Below are positions 27,466 to 39,721 of a stretch of 64,000 bases of DNA, piece by piece. Positions within the stretch are counted from its first letter, which is position 1, and the number at the start of each line of letters is the position of its first letter. Origin of the DNA: Takakia lepidozioides (lineage: Eukaryota > Plantae > Bryophyta); NCBI GenBank assembly GCA_030704615.1, contig CM060732.1, forward strand, positions 71,486,001 through 71,550,000, written 5' to 3'. The position numbers and the translations under genes are program-made. Below the pieces are notes generated by a model. That model was not told where the DNA came from. It saw nothing but the letters and a program-made list of their open reading frames with translations, and ran no database searches.

Positions 27466-30133
27466 TATTAACTTTTTCTACCCCCTCTTTTCCTCTGTGG
27501 GTTTTTTTTTTGGTGAGCAGCATGAAAGAGATGAGAGAGAGAGAAGATACTTTTTGTCATGCAAGACAAGGACAGGACCCCTAGGGTCGTTGTCATGAAA
27601 GAATAATCAGACATATCAGCCACTTAACAGTGGCACCATCCATTAATCATCAAGCTTAGAAAATCCAGAATTACATCCATGCACAATAATGTGTTCATGT
27701 CAGTATTATTCATAACCCAAAGAGTATGCCACTGATGCTGATTGACCACCAGTCATGATCATGATACACATTCAGAGGTCTGGGTGGGATGGCGGGTACT
27801 TGGCCATATTTTGGCCTTGATGTGTTGCAGGTCAAATGGTCATATAGATTTACTGTCCGCAAGCTGTAATCCAAGCATACTTACTCAAACCCCATGGGTG
27901 TCATGGAGGGTTTTTTTTCAAAACAAAAAGAACGAGAAGAACACTTGGACATCACAGATTTAAATATCTTGCCCTGCCAGTATTTGTTTAGACTGGTCTG
28001 CAACACAGCTTGCCCCCACAGGGGAGGTGGATATGTCTGGTAAGTTTTCCAGAATACCCCTATACCTTTATTTCTTGCTACAGCTGAAAATCAAAGTTCG
28101 TGACCCAACAAGGTAAAGATAAAGGACTGCATACACATCATGTGACAGTATATAATACTGTCAGTACATCCTATTCACATCATTCCACATTTGACCATGT
28201 CATTACACCATGTCCAGGGGTTATTTCCACTTGACCACCCTGGCTGCCTCAAAAACCAGTTACAATTTATATTGCTGTCATATTTCAATGTCAGCCGAAT
28301 AGCCACGGGCAGAAACTTCACCATATCCTGGCCTAAGCATCTAGCTAACAAAGCCATCCGGGTTGGAACATAACATGGGTATTTTACCAACAGGGGTACC
28401 CGAGTAGCTGCAACAACCAGTTCCTTGTAGCCTCTCAAATTGTTTCCAACTACCATAAGGTAAGCAAAGCAAACTAGGGCCTGGAAAACAGATGTGTGTC
28501 TCTAACACAAGCCATCATAAACCCGGTTGTCACAACAAAGCAGAGGTCTTCCATTGGCTGAGCCGAAAATAGCCCATCGTAGAAAATATTACACTTGTTC
28601 TTCCAAAATAAAGGAAGGAAAGAGGTAGGATCAAGAAAAACCATAGAGTAGTTTAGTTTTTCAACATTTTAAGATGAGTCCCTGGCAAGCGATTCCTTCC
28701 CCTGCTCTGCAATCCCACTTGGCATCCAGCAACACCTAGACATCAGAATATTAAGTGGAAGCCCTCACATGTGCCCGTCCCAAAAACAACCACAACGCAT
28801 TGTGAGTTAGTGAGGATGCACGAGGTGAGTAGCAGGCTTCCACACTTGCTATCGAGGTCAAATACACTTCAATCTAAGCGTAGAGAATGCCAAAGAAAGC
28901 AGGGAAGCAAGAGAAATAGAAAAAAATCCTTTTTTTAACTGTTTGGGGGAGAGTCGCCATCTCTCCACAAGCCTAACCGTGCAGGGAGGTCTCCGCCAGC
29001 ACCACAACACTGCTACCTTAACCAAAGCAAAGTCTTGCCAAGCACAAGAAAAAAGAGCTTGGTCTCAAAAGGTAGGGTTTATAAAGGGAGGGAGAGAGAC
29101 TTCCTTGTTCTACCAAGACGCCGCCATTCATCAAAGATCCAGAGGAGGGCACCTATGAAACTTCATAAGCAGGCAGGTGGTACCTCCGCCATCACTGCCG
29201 TGGTTCCCTTGTGCAGCAAAAAAACAGACAAATGAGACAGTGAATCTTCCCTCATCTCTAAGCCACCGCCATCGCCTTAAAGAGCCCGCATAGGCGGCGC
29301 TCACAGGAGCCATAAACACTCAAGGATCGACAGCTCATGGTATCTGCAGCACGAGTACCATCGCTCCTCCCAAGCCGCCATCGCGTGCGCTCTCGCAGCG
29401 CAAAAATAAAGACATTAGGGTTGCGCAGGGTTTTCCCCTGTCTGGCCCGTCATTCATCCTTCTCAGGATGAAAAACATCCGTTAGCCTGTACGCCTGACG
29501 GACGTTGTCCATTTCTCATTCGCGGAAGATGAAAGACATCGTGCGTTCATCTTGTCTTGAACTCAATGGATGTAGTCCATTTTTCATCTAGGTTAGATGA
29601 AAAACATCAGGGGGTTTTTTTTATAAAAAAAAATATACCTGTCTTGCCCCGTATTTAGGTCCTGTCAGATGAAGTATTTTTTTCATCCAGGTTGGATTGA
29701 AGAAATAAAAACTGACGGGAGTTTTGCAATCAGTATATTCCGGGTTGATGTTCGGATGAAGCAAAAAACCTCACAAGTATTTAGTGAAGAAATGTTTCAC
29801 TAGGAAAAAAATGTATTTTGGATGAAAAACATCCAAAATTCCCTGCAACCCAATTTTTCAAATTTTTCAATGTTTTCAAAGATGGAAGTCGGGACAACAA
29901 TTCCATAAAACCCAGTTTCCAGAGGGAGACAGAGGGAAACCAAAAAAAAAAAATGGGGGGGGGGGGGAAGTGACTGAGCCCGTGGTGCTTAGCAGTTGCT
30001 GGTGGTGCTCAGTCACTTCCCCCCCCCCCCACCTTTTTCTTTTCTCTTTGTTGCCCCCTCTTGAGACCCCGAGCACTTGCTGCTCTCAGCCCCCGACATG
30101 CTTGGTTTTTTTTGTTTTTGATCGGAATGTAGA

Positions 30134-31507
30134 GGTTGTTTCCTGATGAGGCCCCCATAGCGACCCCTTCCACCGCAGCAAAGGTTGCACTTGCCAAGGC
30201 CCAACGTCAAGTTCAAGGGCCTTTGAAAGCCTCCATTGCTAGCCCATTGTTGTCGATGAGGGAGGAGGAGACAAGGAGGGCCAATGAAGTGGCCGAGATA
30301 GCGAAGCGCCTCGAAGAAGTCAAGCCGGGTGAGGGCTTCTACCCTAATACGCATTTTTTTTGGGAGGGGAGGAGGAGGTATGGGCCGGTGGCCTAGTCGA
30401 TCAGCGACGCCGCCCCCTGAGCCTGAGCGGTCAGCAAAGAAGGGCCTAGACTACGGGGCGCCGCCGCCGGCTATGCTCCACATTTGGAATCTACTTCCAG
30501 TGGCGCTCCGAGAGGGGATAGCGCGGGCACATCCGGCAACGGGGACTCCTACCACATTGGGTGACACCGGGGGCAAGTCAGACAAGCTTGCAAAGGTACA
30601 ACTGTCGCACCTTGTTCCATGTTTTATCCTTTCCTTTGCATGCATGATTTTCTTTGTTGTTTGTTTCTTTTTTTGAATTTGGAGGGGTTATTTGTCTTCA
30701 GCAACATGGTTGGCCTCATTGGTGCAGTCCAGTGGGGTTGCCAATGAGGGAGAGCACGTGGTGTTCATGAAGGACCCGAACACCAAAGGTAAGAAGAAGA
30801 GGCCTCGACCTCCCGAGATCCCTTTTACCATCAATGAAGGGACTGCCGAGGAGAGAGAGAGAAAGGAGAGGGAGAAGGAGAGAGAGGAAGTAGCGGGGAA
30901 GGGGAAGGAGATGGTCGTGGAGAAGGGGAAGGAAACGAAGAAGAAGAAGAAGAAGAAGTCCCATGGAGAGGAAGGGATGAGTGTGCATGCGGGGGAGGGC
31001 AGTGGAGTAACAAAGGAGCAGGGGAAGGAGGCTATAAAGAAGGGAGAGGGTGGGATGAAGAACATGCCCTTGGCGATACAAGACGTGGAGTTGGCACAGA
31101 TCGTGGTGCCACCGGTGGAGGTGAATTGCCATGGTGACCCCTGCGGTACGTTCTGGGAGGCTATGAAGAAGCCAGCCTTCGTACTCGCAATGAGGTGGTT
31201 CCCTTTGCACATCGAGTGGGCTGATCAGCACTTTGGCGTGAAGCGGGCGTATGTCCGTGAGTTAGACCACCGGTTTGCGGGCAATTGGAGTGACACAAGG
31301 GTGATGGAGATGGTGGGGCAAAACTTGAAGGACAGGAGGTACCGTGCCAGACAGATCATTCGGAGGGCAATAGAAAAGGGGGCCATACCCAAACCACCTT
31401 ATGGAATTACACAGGTTGGCAAATCCTGAATTACGTCACCTTCCATTTGTCGCATGTGCATTAATGAGGTGGATTCGATGCAACGTATGTGTGTAATTCA
31501 CTAATTG

Positions 31508-31538
<31 letters not shown>

Positions 31539-32036
31539 TATTGTGGGATGCACTCATTGCGGGAGAGAATGATGTTGCAAACAAGGCCAAATTTGACCAG
31601 GCACGCAAAGCAACAACAATCCACCTTGACAAGCACAAATCCACACACAAGTGGGGCGCCGGCGGATCCAAGGGTTTTATCTTGCGATTTGTAAGTCATA
31701 CTTCCCTATGGATTTCGTTATGTTTTCTTTCTGGCTCCATCATCGCGAAGAACTGACTTTAATTTGTGGCATGTGTAGCAACGCGCGTTTGAGAGGAAGC
31801 CATCTCCGGTAGAGTACAACTACGCCAAGGAGCATGGTTGGCAATCCCTCATGAAGAATATGGCCAACACAGAGGGGATGAGTGCACTACAGGGCACTAG
31901 TATGGATGAGGTCAGGGGTCATGGCCAGGGATTGGATGAGAGCTCTGTAGGACTTAGGGGAATGCCGCCTCATTTAGGTGCTCTGGCAAAGGGCGTGGAG
32001 TCATCAGGCTCATCGGATAGCTCTGAGTTCCACTGA
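30134..32036 (+). pseudogene. CACTA TnpA/Ptta-like spliced ORF
   Basis: Exons with VPPVEVNCHGDPCG...W...LKDRRYRAR...PPYGITQ|VLWDALI...K...R...HKWGAGG, plus a Lys/Glu-rich N-terminal part, typical of the CACTA second ORF. A poly-G tract at 31509-31538 obscures one acceptor. Confidence 0.65.
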
Positions 32037-33051
32037 GGATAAGGATGAGGATAACTAGTCATAGTCCATGTAGGTCCCAGGGTCAGCCTACTGAACCCTT
32101 GTGAGCTTTTCAGCTCATTTCCTGTAAATATATTTCCATCTTTCCATCTTCCATCTTATTCATGTGTTGCACCATCCTCACCCTCAATTCATGCTTGCTC
32201 AATTGTGTACTTGCTAAATCAGAGAAATGGAACTGTAAGGTCTCCCATCCTCAAAAACAAAACCAGGCAAAAAACAAAAACCACCCCCAATTCACCCCAA
32301 AATCAACCCCAAACCCCCCCCCCCCCCCCACCAGGCTGCCCTCGCGACTGCAGGACGTCGTCGTTGGCGACGTGCTTTTTGGGCGGGGGTTGCAAATCCC
32401 ATTTGCGGGCGGCAACACCCGACACCCCCTGCGACGTGTTTTTTTGGTCTGGGGGTCGCAAGCCGCGACGCCCTGGCGTCGCGGAGCCCGCCACCCTGCC
32501 TGTGCCACGTTTTTTTTTATATGTTAAATATATATAAAAAACGACGCCAGAGCGTCACGAAAACCACGCCCGGGCGTGGCGGAGCCCGACTCCTGCTCCT
32601 ACTGTTTTTTTTTTTTTTGCCACGCCCAATAGTCGCTTGCAGTGATGCACTGGCATCGCTTGGCGTACCACCCGACTTACGCCACGTGTTTTTGGGTTTT
32701 AGGATGGGACTCCCGGGCAGGTTAGAAGAAAAAGGGGATGCGACGCCGCGCCGTCGCCCCTACCAACGTTGTTGGCTAGAGGGACGCGACGGCGAGACGT
32801 CGCTCGAAGGAGGCCCCTGCCATCGGCGCGGACGGCCTGAAAAGCGACGTCCGGCACTCGCGGGAGTTGGGGCGGGGGCTCGCGACCCCCATACGTCGCA
32901 TTTTTGCGACGTCATTTTGGCAACGCCCATGCGACTGCCGAGCGACGGCCGGGCATCGCAAATTCTGCGCTTGCCCCCTGCCCGAAATGGGCATTTTCCC
33001 GACGCTACGGCGTGGCTCGGGCGTCGCAAAGGCCCCCCTTTTCCTGTAGTG

Positions 33052-34463
33052 TTGTTGACCACTGCTAAAGGCAAACAGTCATCGTGTCTCACACGTTGAG
33101 ACTGCCTCCCTGTGTCCAAAATGCTATCCACTGTGAGGTGTGCTGGCTGCTGCACCCCATCAAATGCATGCTTGAGGAGTGCGGGTGGCATCAACTTAGT
33201 CCACCATAGCCGTGGACGATGAGCCCGTGACCCCACTGTAGCTGCATCCAGCAATACTGCTGACCCAAGCCACGACCGGACTAGATGCACACTGGCCATC
33301 ACCCTGGCCCGAGAATCGCCCATCAGTGACACATTCTCCAAGATGTATGTTGGAGATATAGCTTGATGAAGCTGTAAGTGACGCAAAACCCGCACCATTT
33401 TCCAAAACAGACCCGACCTCGAGTCTTACAATCCATTGCCATGCCCGGCTGATGAATGCCCTTGGCAGGGCCAACCTGCCACTACCAGATCAATGGAGCC
33501 ATCCCGCTCCAAATCGTGCGCCCCCAGCAAAGAGATGTCTGCTGGCAAGGCATGCTGATATCCACGAACCACAGACACCGGCAACAACTCAAGGTACTAC
33601 TGCACCAACTGAGCAACATGACAGAGTGAGACGCGTCGTGCAATCTCATCCTTCTCCACATACAAATAACGTCGTACCCGTACACATGCATGTAGCACAA
33701 CAGCCAATCCGGTGTTAATCCCGCCAAACAAGTCCAGAAGGAAAATGCCTTCATCCGGACACTGCCACACGATCGGTGTGGTGTCCAATGGTGACAACTA
33801 AGGTGGTCCTGGTGCAATCCCCGCACTGTCCTCCTCTCCTGACGGTACAAAAGCCTCTACCCAGGCTTGTTGCACACGACAATCAGCAACCCGCTGCAAA
33901 TCCTTGCTCGAGCCCCACAATGGAGTGTGAGCAACCATGGTAGGCAACTCCGCCATACCATACATGTCATCCTGCTCTTCCGGAGGTGACACATCCTCTG
34001 AATGAGCGTTGCCCTCAAGCAACTCTCCAGGCCAACTCACTGCAGCTGTGAATGCTGCCAGTGTCGGCATCTTGCCTCGCTAGGCAACCGCAACTCCTCC
34101 TATGAACGTCACAGGGAGCTGCACACGCCAGCCCTTCCCTGACTGCCATCCAGGCCTATAGGAAGCTGACTCCTCCCAAAAATCCAGGGTGAAGCCCATG
34201 GGGTACAACACTGCCCCACCAACAAAGACATCGTACGAGACCGCGTCTGTCACAATGGCCTTGGCTCTCATCACTGAGCCATCTGTAGGATGATCCGGAT
34301 GTAGTCGGGTAGCCAACTCACGCCGTGTCATGCCCCGAGCCTGCTCTGATCCTCCCGGAGATGTCTGTATCCGGAAAGGGCACGGCTCCATATCCGCCTC
34401 CGTGAGGCCCAAGTCTGCAATAGCAGCTCTGCCCAACATCAATGGCTGAGCTCCCGAGTCCCA
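33052..34463 (-). pseudogene. Retrotransposon pol fragment: aspartic protease followed in frame by a DNMT3-like C5 cytosine methyltransferase
   Basis: ORF-track pieces 34487-34080, 34070-33798, 33797-33597 and 33398-32760 share one frame. Protease motif DSGAQPLMLG. MTase motifs: I LDLFGGI (33737-33717), II YVEKD, III DI, IV IDLVVAGWPCQG (PC at 33470-33465), V DSRSGLF, VI ENV (33338-33330), VIII AHRPRLWWT (33218-33210). Four in-frame stops; cut off by the CACTA end at 33051. Confidence 0.9.
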
Positions 34464-34464
34464 G

Positions 34465-34787
34465 AAGATGACATTCTGGGGGATCAATGAGCACGGGAAG
34501 GATTGCCTATATCAGTGGCGGTTCTTACCATTCGGGCTTAAGAACGCTCTTGCAGAGTTCCAGAGAGTCATTGACAGGATTCTAGCACGGGTGGACTTTG
34601 TCGGTGCTATATAGATGATATCATCATCTTTAGTGCTACGGTGGAGGAGCACGAGAGACACCTTCAGGTGGTGTTTGAGCGCTTGAGAGCGCACGGATTG
34701 AAATTACATCCGGGGAAGTGCAAGTTCTTCCACAACCAGATTGCGTATCTGGGCCACATGATATATCCTGGAGGATTGGGGGTGCAA
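34465..34787 (+). pseudogene. Ty3/gypsy-type reverse transcriptase fragment
   Basis: KMTFWGINEHGKDCLYQWRFLPFGLKNALAEFQRVID, then a 1-nt frameshift, then CYIDDIIIFS...HLQVVFERLRAHGLKLHPGKCKFF...YLGH. Confidence 0.9.
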
Positions 34788-34789
34788 AT

Positions 34790-37700
34790 AAAAGATAAAT
34801 TATGGATGAATTCACAAAATATGGTGATATAAATGGATTACAGTACGGATGTGGATGATTCTATTCTATGTTGAATGGATGAACAGAATGTATGTTTATT
34901 TTTTGCAAAACTCTGTAGCCTCTCGTGTTGTTTTTCAAATTTCAAATAAAAATAAAAATTGGGTGAATGATTCAAGATGTTTAATACATACTCTTGCTGA
35001 ACCCCCCTTCCATTTATTACTGACATTAACCACCAATACTGTAGATTAATGTCTTATTAAGAAGAACATACCCTTCTCCACTGGCAAAACTTCCACACAA
35101 TGCACTTGGAGGCTTCTTTGTCCAACTGTAAGAACACATTCTTTTCCTTTACATTTCGCTCCCAGTAACACAGTTTAACGTTGAAGTGAGGATGTATGTC
35201 ATTGTCATGAAACTCGTACAAAAATCAAACGAAAACATACATGCAAACAGTCCACAACCCCAAGCACCATGGAGAAAACGTAACCACAGCAAACAATCAC
35301 CCACCAAAAGCAAGAAAACACATGACAAACAATCATCCACAAAATGCAACAAAACACACATAAAAATGGGCAAGTCATACATGAGGCCCGGAAAATCAAG
35401 GACTGCAAGAATGACAAGCATGCAAGGATGACAGGCAGTAAAGCAACACATCAAACCCAATAGAAACAGGAGGCAAACAAAAAGATCATGTCTCTGTGAC
35501 ACATGGAAAGTCACCTAGAAACCATCCGGGTAAGGGACTATCTTATAAAACAAAGAAGTCCATTACAAACAAGCGTGCATAAGGCACATGCCATGACGTC
35601 ATGTATCGAAGCAAATCCATAATGTGCTTCAGCAAAATGGTCATGTTAACCTGCCCAAATAAAAGCATGGGGGGTTTAGGGTTCTGCTGATGCATCTACT
35701 ACTATTTTGCCCTACATGGCCAACGGGAGGAGCGCAACAAATTCCTTCACCCACGTCTCCCCCATGGAGATGTGGTATCCCCAATCCACTGAGCATTCGC
35801 CGTGGAACCTCGACGAATGACCAGATAGGGGAAGATGGTAGATACGACTAGGAGTCATGGCCAAAACTGCAACAGGATGGCGTGGGCATGGGAATGTATG
35901 ACTGCCAGTATTCACGACTGCACGTGGCGATTGTCGGTTGCCCAAGGAGTGTCTACGTGGACGATGCAAACATAAATGGATGAAACAGATGCAGGATGTG
36001 ATTGCAAATGACAATGTGTCAACATATCATTGCTCACAGGCACTAAGCCACACCTTGTGAATGAAGGAATGAATGGATGAATTAGGATAAGTGAACTAGG
36101 ATGAATTAGGATGAATGTGCTCGAATTTAGGGTTGCTAGGTCGTAGTGTTAAGTATGAGGATAATAAGTAGTAAAAACATTTAATTATTGTTTCACTAAC
36201 CCAGCAGATTAACAGTAAACTAATCGACTACTGGTTAAGGTTAGTGAAACAAAACGACTGTATTATCTCACCGAATGACACACAAACGCCTTGCTGGCAA
36301 CTATTGGATGAACGTATCAAACATAACTTTCGTGCATTGGATGAACATATGAATGAATGATACAACAAACGCCTTGTTGACAACTATTGGATGAACATAG
36401 GAACAAATAATAATGCAAAGGCTGAGCTGGCAGTATTGGATGAACTGACAGTGAAACTCATTTAAAGATTCATTTTGGATGAATGGATGAAATTAAAATG
36501 GCCAAAAAATGGAAAAACAAATGAATGGATGGATGTATTGATGGAAAACCCAAAATCCATCCATCTATCGCTACATTCATCCATCCAGTCGTGAGTAGAG
36601 GGGACTTAGCGTTAGTATCCAAAAACAAGTAACGGAGATGAGGAGAAGCTGTGGAATGAATATTTTTCTGACCCTCCAGACCCATGAAACCGGAAATGTC
36701 CATGGAGAAACTTCATCACATCGCAGTGTCCTGTGTTGAGCCGACGGAGAAGGTAAGCATGTGTTTATTCTTGTTTTGTGACTTCTCGCGATTCTTATGT
36801 TGGAGTTCTTGTCTGACCGATGTGAGGTGGCTGCAGACGAGGTGGCTGCGAATCTGGAACGGCCATACAAACACGAAGCTGCTGTACCACTTTCCCATCG
36901 AGCCAACAAACGACAAAATGAACGACTGGCTCAATGTCATGACTTGGTGGCATCAGGTATAATTTTCTCATATTCTGTGTTGGACATCGTTGCAATTTCA
37001 AAATCATGAATGTTTTGGAAACTTGCCATGATGCAGGTACTGACCCACGCCCAGGAGCAATTGGACTGCAACACCACCACTTTCAAGTTACAGATCGACT
37101 GGACGAAGCCTGAGACAATGGAGAACTACGTGCAGTCGTGGCGAGGGCGCTTCGCAAACCTCTTTTTCAGAGAAATTGCAAAGGCAAGACGCAGCGTATA
37201 CATCGAAGAGCAGGAGGGTGCCGACAAAGCGGCAATGCGTGTCCTGTTCAGGTAATCTGCTGACAATGCATCCCCCTATTTGCAGTTTAGATGATTTGGT
37301 TAAGCAGCGATGGATATTGCAGCGCCGAAATATACCTCTACAAGATGTGAGTTCTGGGTAATTGGGGCACGGTCCACTCCGTATTTCGGTGCCGAAATAC
37401 CTTGTGCATTGACAACTTCCACTTGCATGATGCATCGGTAGAATGATTTTTGTTGAACTGCCTCGTGATTGCAGGTACATAAACTTTGCACTCATTCCGT
37501 CCGGAGCCATTCAAAGGGTTCCACCATTCTTCCTGGCGTGGAGGACACCTGGCGTCGAGGATGTAAAGGAGTGTTCAACACTATGGCTGAATGAGATGTG
37601 GTGTCGTGGAGTGCGATGCTTGCAGCCACCGCGCTACTTGTCACAAGACAACTCCTAAACCTCCAGTCCTTCACTGCCAGAATAGGGTAAGGGTTCCCTA

Positions 37701-38640
37701 CCTGCAATTTTCCATTTTGCACACATCAAGTTTGTGTAATGGTGCTTAGACATTCTTAGCGATGTTAGTTTGTTTCACATATGTCAATGTTGATGTTGCT
37801 ATATTTCCTGAAAGCTTGCTCATGTATCTTCTGCCATTTTCGGGCTGGATGGCAGTTGAAGGTGGGTGACCAAGTCCGGCCAAGCCAGTGTATGCATCTT
37901 CTGCTCAGGCATTTGGAGTCTACTAAGACTTTGCAGCTTTGTGCATTTTTGTAGCAGAGGATTAGATTATGGAACGGATCTCTGAACATTAAGTCACGTT
38001 GTATTTGAATCGATGTTCCAATTTCAAATGTGCTTTCATGTTTCAATGGTATTTTTGTATGCTTTCAATGGTGCTTTCGTGTTTCAATGCTATGGTCATG
38101 TACACGACTACTTCCCATCCACAGAGCCTCCGCCATGTGCCACTTTCACCCCTCGTGTTTGCCCATACTCGTGCCACGTGCAATATCCAGAGTGTCATAA
38201 CGACCACCCCACCCCCATCCTGCATAATTTGACTCCACGTGTGGACCTGGGATTAAACGTCCGAAGTCATATATGTCAGTCACGAAAGGCCCTCCCGCTC
38301 CATATTGTCATGCCACGTGTCATGTCCAGTCTAATCCACGTGTTGTCCTGGGGTTAATCTGCGGAAGTCACCCTGTCATGCCACATGTCATTCTTGGTAT
38401 TCTCCATGTGCTGTCCTGGGGTTAACCCGCGGAAGTCGTATATGCCAGTCGTGAAGACCCTGTCGCCTTCCCTTTGACGTGACACGTGGCATATCCCTTC
38501 CGTTCCACGTGAAGCTGACATGGATTCGCAGTCATTTACTATGGTCCTATCAATGACTATGATTAGGCGTCCCCATTGCCACGTCAACAGTGAGCTCCAC
38601 GACTGGCAGATACGACTCTATGGCGCTTACGACTCATTTG
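34790..38640. mobile_element. Unclassified DNA-transposon-like region with GGATGAA repeats and spliced coding fragments
   Basis: GGATGA(A) repeats at 34800-34885 and 36060-36590. Exon-like segments 36696-36751, 36825-36957, 37037-37251 and 37475-37658 on +. CCTGGG(G/A)TTAA..G(C)GGAAGTC-type repeats at 38246, 38347 and 38415. Confidence 0.4.
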
Positions 38641-38672
38641 TCACAACTGAATAGGTTTATCTGGCTGGGCAG

Positions 38673-39153
38673 TCATGCAGTCATAAAAGGCCCATACGAC
38701 TGGAAAATAGCAGACGTAAAAGCCGGGATCTGTTGTAGTGGGAGAGCGTCAATGAGCTTGATGGAGTCCCAACCTCCACCCATCCATTGGAATACAGTGA
38801 GAACATGAAAGCATTCATTCTCCTTGTCTGGGTCCAAACCTAGTTGATGTGGTCCCCATTCCTCATTTGGAGCACACAAGAACCTCAACCTCAATACCAT
38901 GGTGTTTGGAAGCTTTGTAGATTTGGTGCTACTTTCGTCATAGAAACCACACCAAGCCACTCTATCTGCAGATTCATGTGCCCTGAGAATGATGTCCCCA
39001 GCTGTTGGTTGTGACCAGTCCACCAATGCTTCCAGAAAGGAGAGACCCCACAACGCCGCCAAGGTCACCCAATAAATCTTTCATTGTGTCCTCATCAACC
39101 TCGGGCTGCTCCTGCAGCCAGGGAATGGAGGAACAAGTACTAAGGTCGGACAT
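38673..39153 (-). pseudogene. Frameshifted ORF of unknown function
   Basis: MSDLSTCSSIPWLQEQPEVDEDTMKDLL shifts frame into LAALWGLSFLEALVDWSQP...FQSYGPFMTA. Protein-like composition; no family recognised. Confidence 0.35.
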
Positions 39154-39721
39154 TGTAAAAGAAGCAGAGTCTAAGTAGACCACTGCCCAGAAAAGTAGAA
39201 TGTGAGCGGCAGCTAGAAGGACTGAGGACGGAGAGGGTGATGGGAAGACGAAGCTCGGAAATACAGTACACGCAGATCGGTGAGAACTGCGGAATGTTGA
39301 CCCTGAGCTATGGACTATGCAGTGGAGCGAAGGAACACAGAACAGAGCGAGCAATGTAACATTACAAAACTGCGATGGAACACAAGAACACAATACAAGA
39401 GATTCTGAAAACACCACAACAAGAAGAACGCAATATGTATTACAGGCGCAGAGTGGTGGAGACGTGTGGAGTGATACATGGCACAGTTGGGGGGAAAGAG
39501 GAAGGGTTGTGGCGGGCAATTTTGAACCATGCACGGAACTAGGTAGGGTTTGAACCCCAGGCTGTGTCTTCTTTTGTTCTTGGGCTTGACCGCTTCAGTG
39601 CTTCGGCGTGTTCAGTGGCACATAGCGCTTCAGTGCTACAGTGTGGAGTTCTTAGTTCTTTCTAGTTCCACAGTACTTCAATGCTCTAGTGGTTTGACTG
39701 TTTTCATTGTCTCCCCACGAA

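Larger units (their letters stand above)
24700..29845. mobile_element. Nested hAT-like element(s) with GGATGAAA subterminal repeats, in rearranged partial copies
   Basis: Terminus ...CATCCAAAATTCCCTG at 29845 gives a CAGGG-type TIR on the minus strand. GGATGAAA/TTCATCC repeats at 26680-26870 and 29450-29835. Direct paralogy between 26170-26230 and 28805-28860, and between 26620-26730 and 29380-29505. Exon-like minus-strand segment VQLQHMSNTRYPK...ETQVP* at ~25118-24927. Confidence 0.5.
22575..33051 (+). mobile_element. CACTA (En/Spm) DNA transposon; left TIR missing, nested insertions inside
   Basis: Right end ...CCCCCTTTTCCTGTAGTG at 33051 reads CACTACAGGAAAAGGGGG on the minus strand. Dense GTCGC/GCGAC subterminal repeats at both 22575-22800 and 32340-33030. 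Internal TnpA-like exons. Confidence 0.75.

Noticed and set aside
24224-32647. CACTG element bounded by ATG-CACTGCAAG (24224-24235) and CTTGCAGTG-ATG (32636-32647)
   Set aside because: The match stops after 9 bp and there are no subterminal repeats near 24227, whereas they continue past 32647 to the TIR at 33051. Treated as probable coincidence, though not excluded.
32760-33051. C-terminal ~95 aa of the 212-aa ORF as part of the methyltransferase
   Set aside because: It is read-through into the CACTA TIR and subterminal repeats; motifs IX and X are absent.
38246-38450. CRISPR-like array
   Set aside because: Three degenerate, unevenly spaced repeats in a eukaryotic transposon context, with no cas genes.
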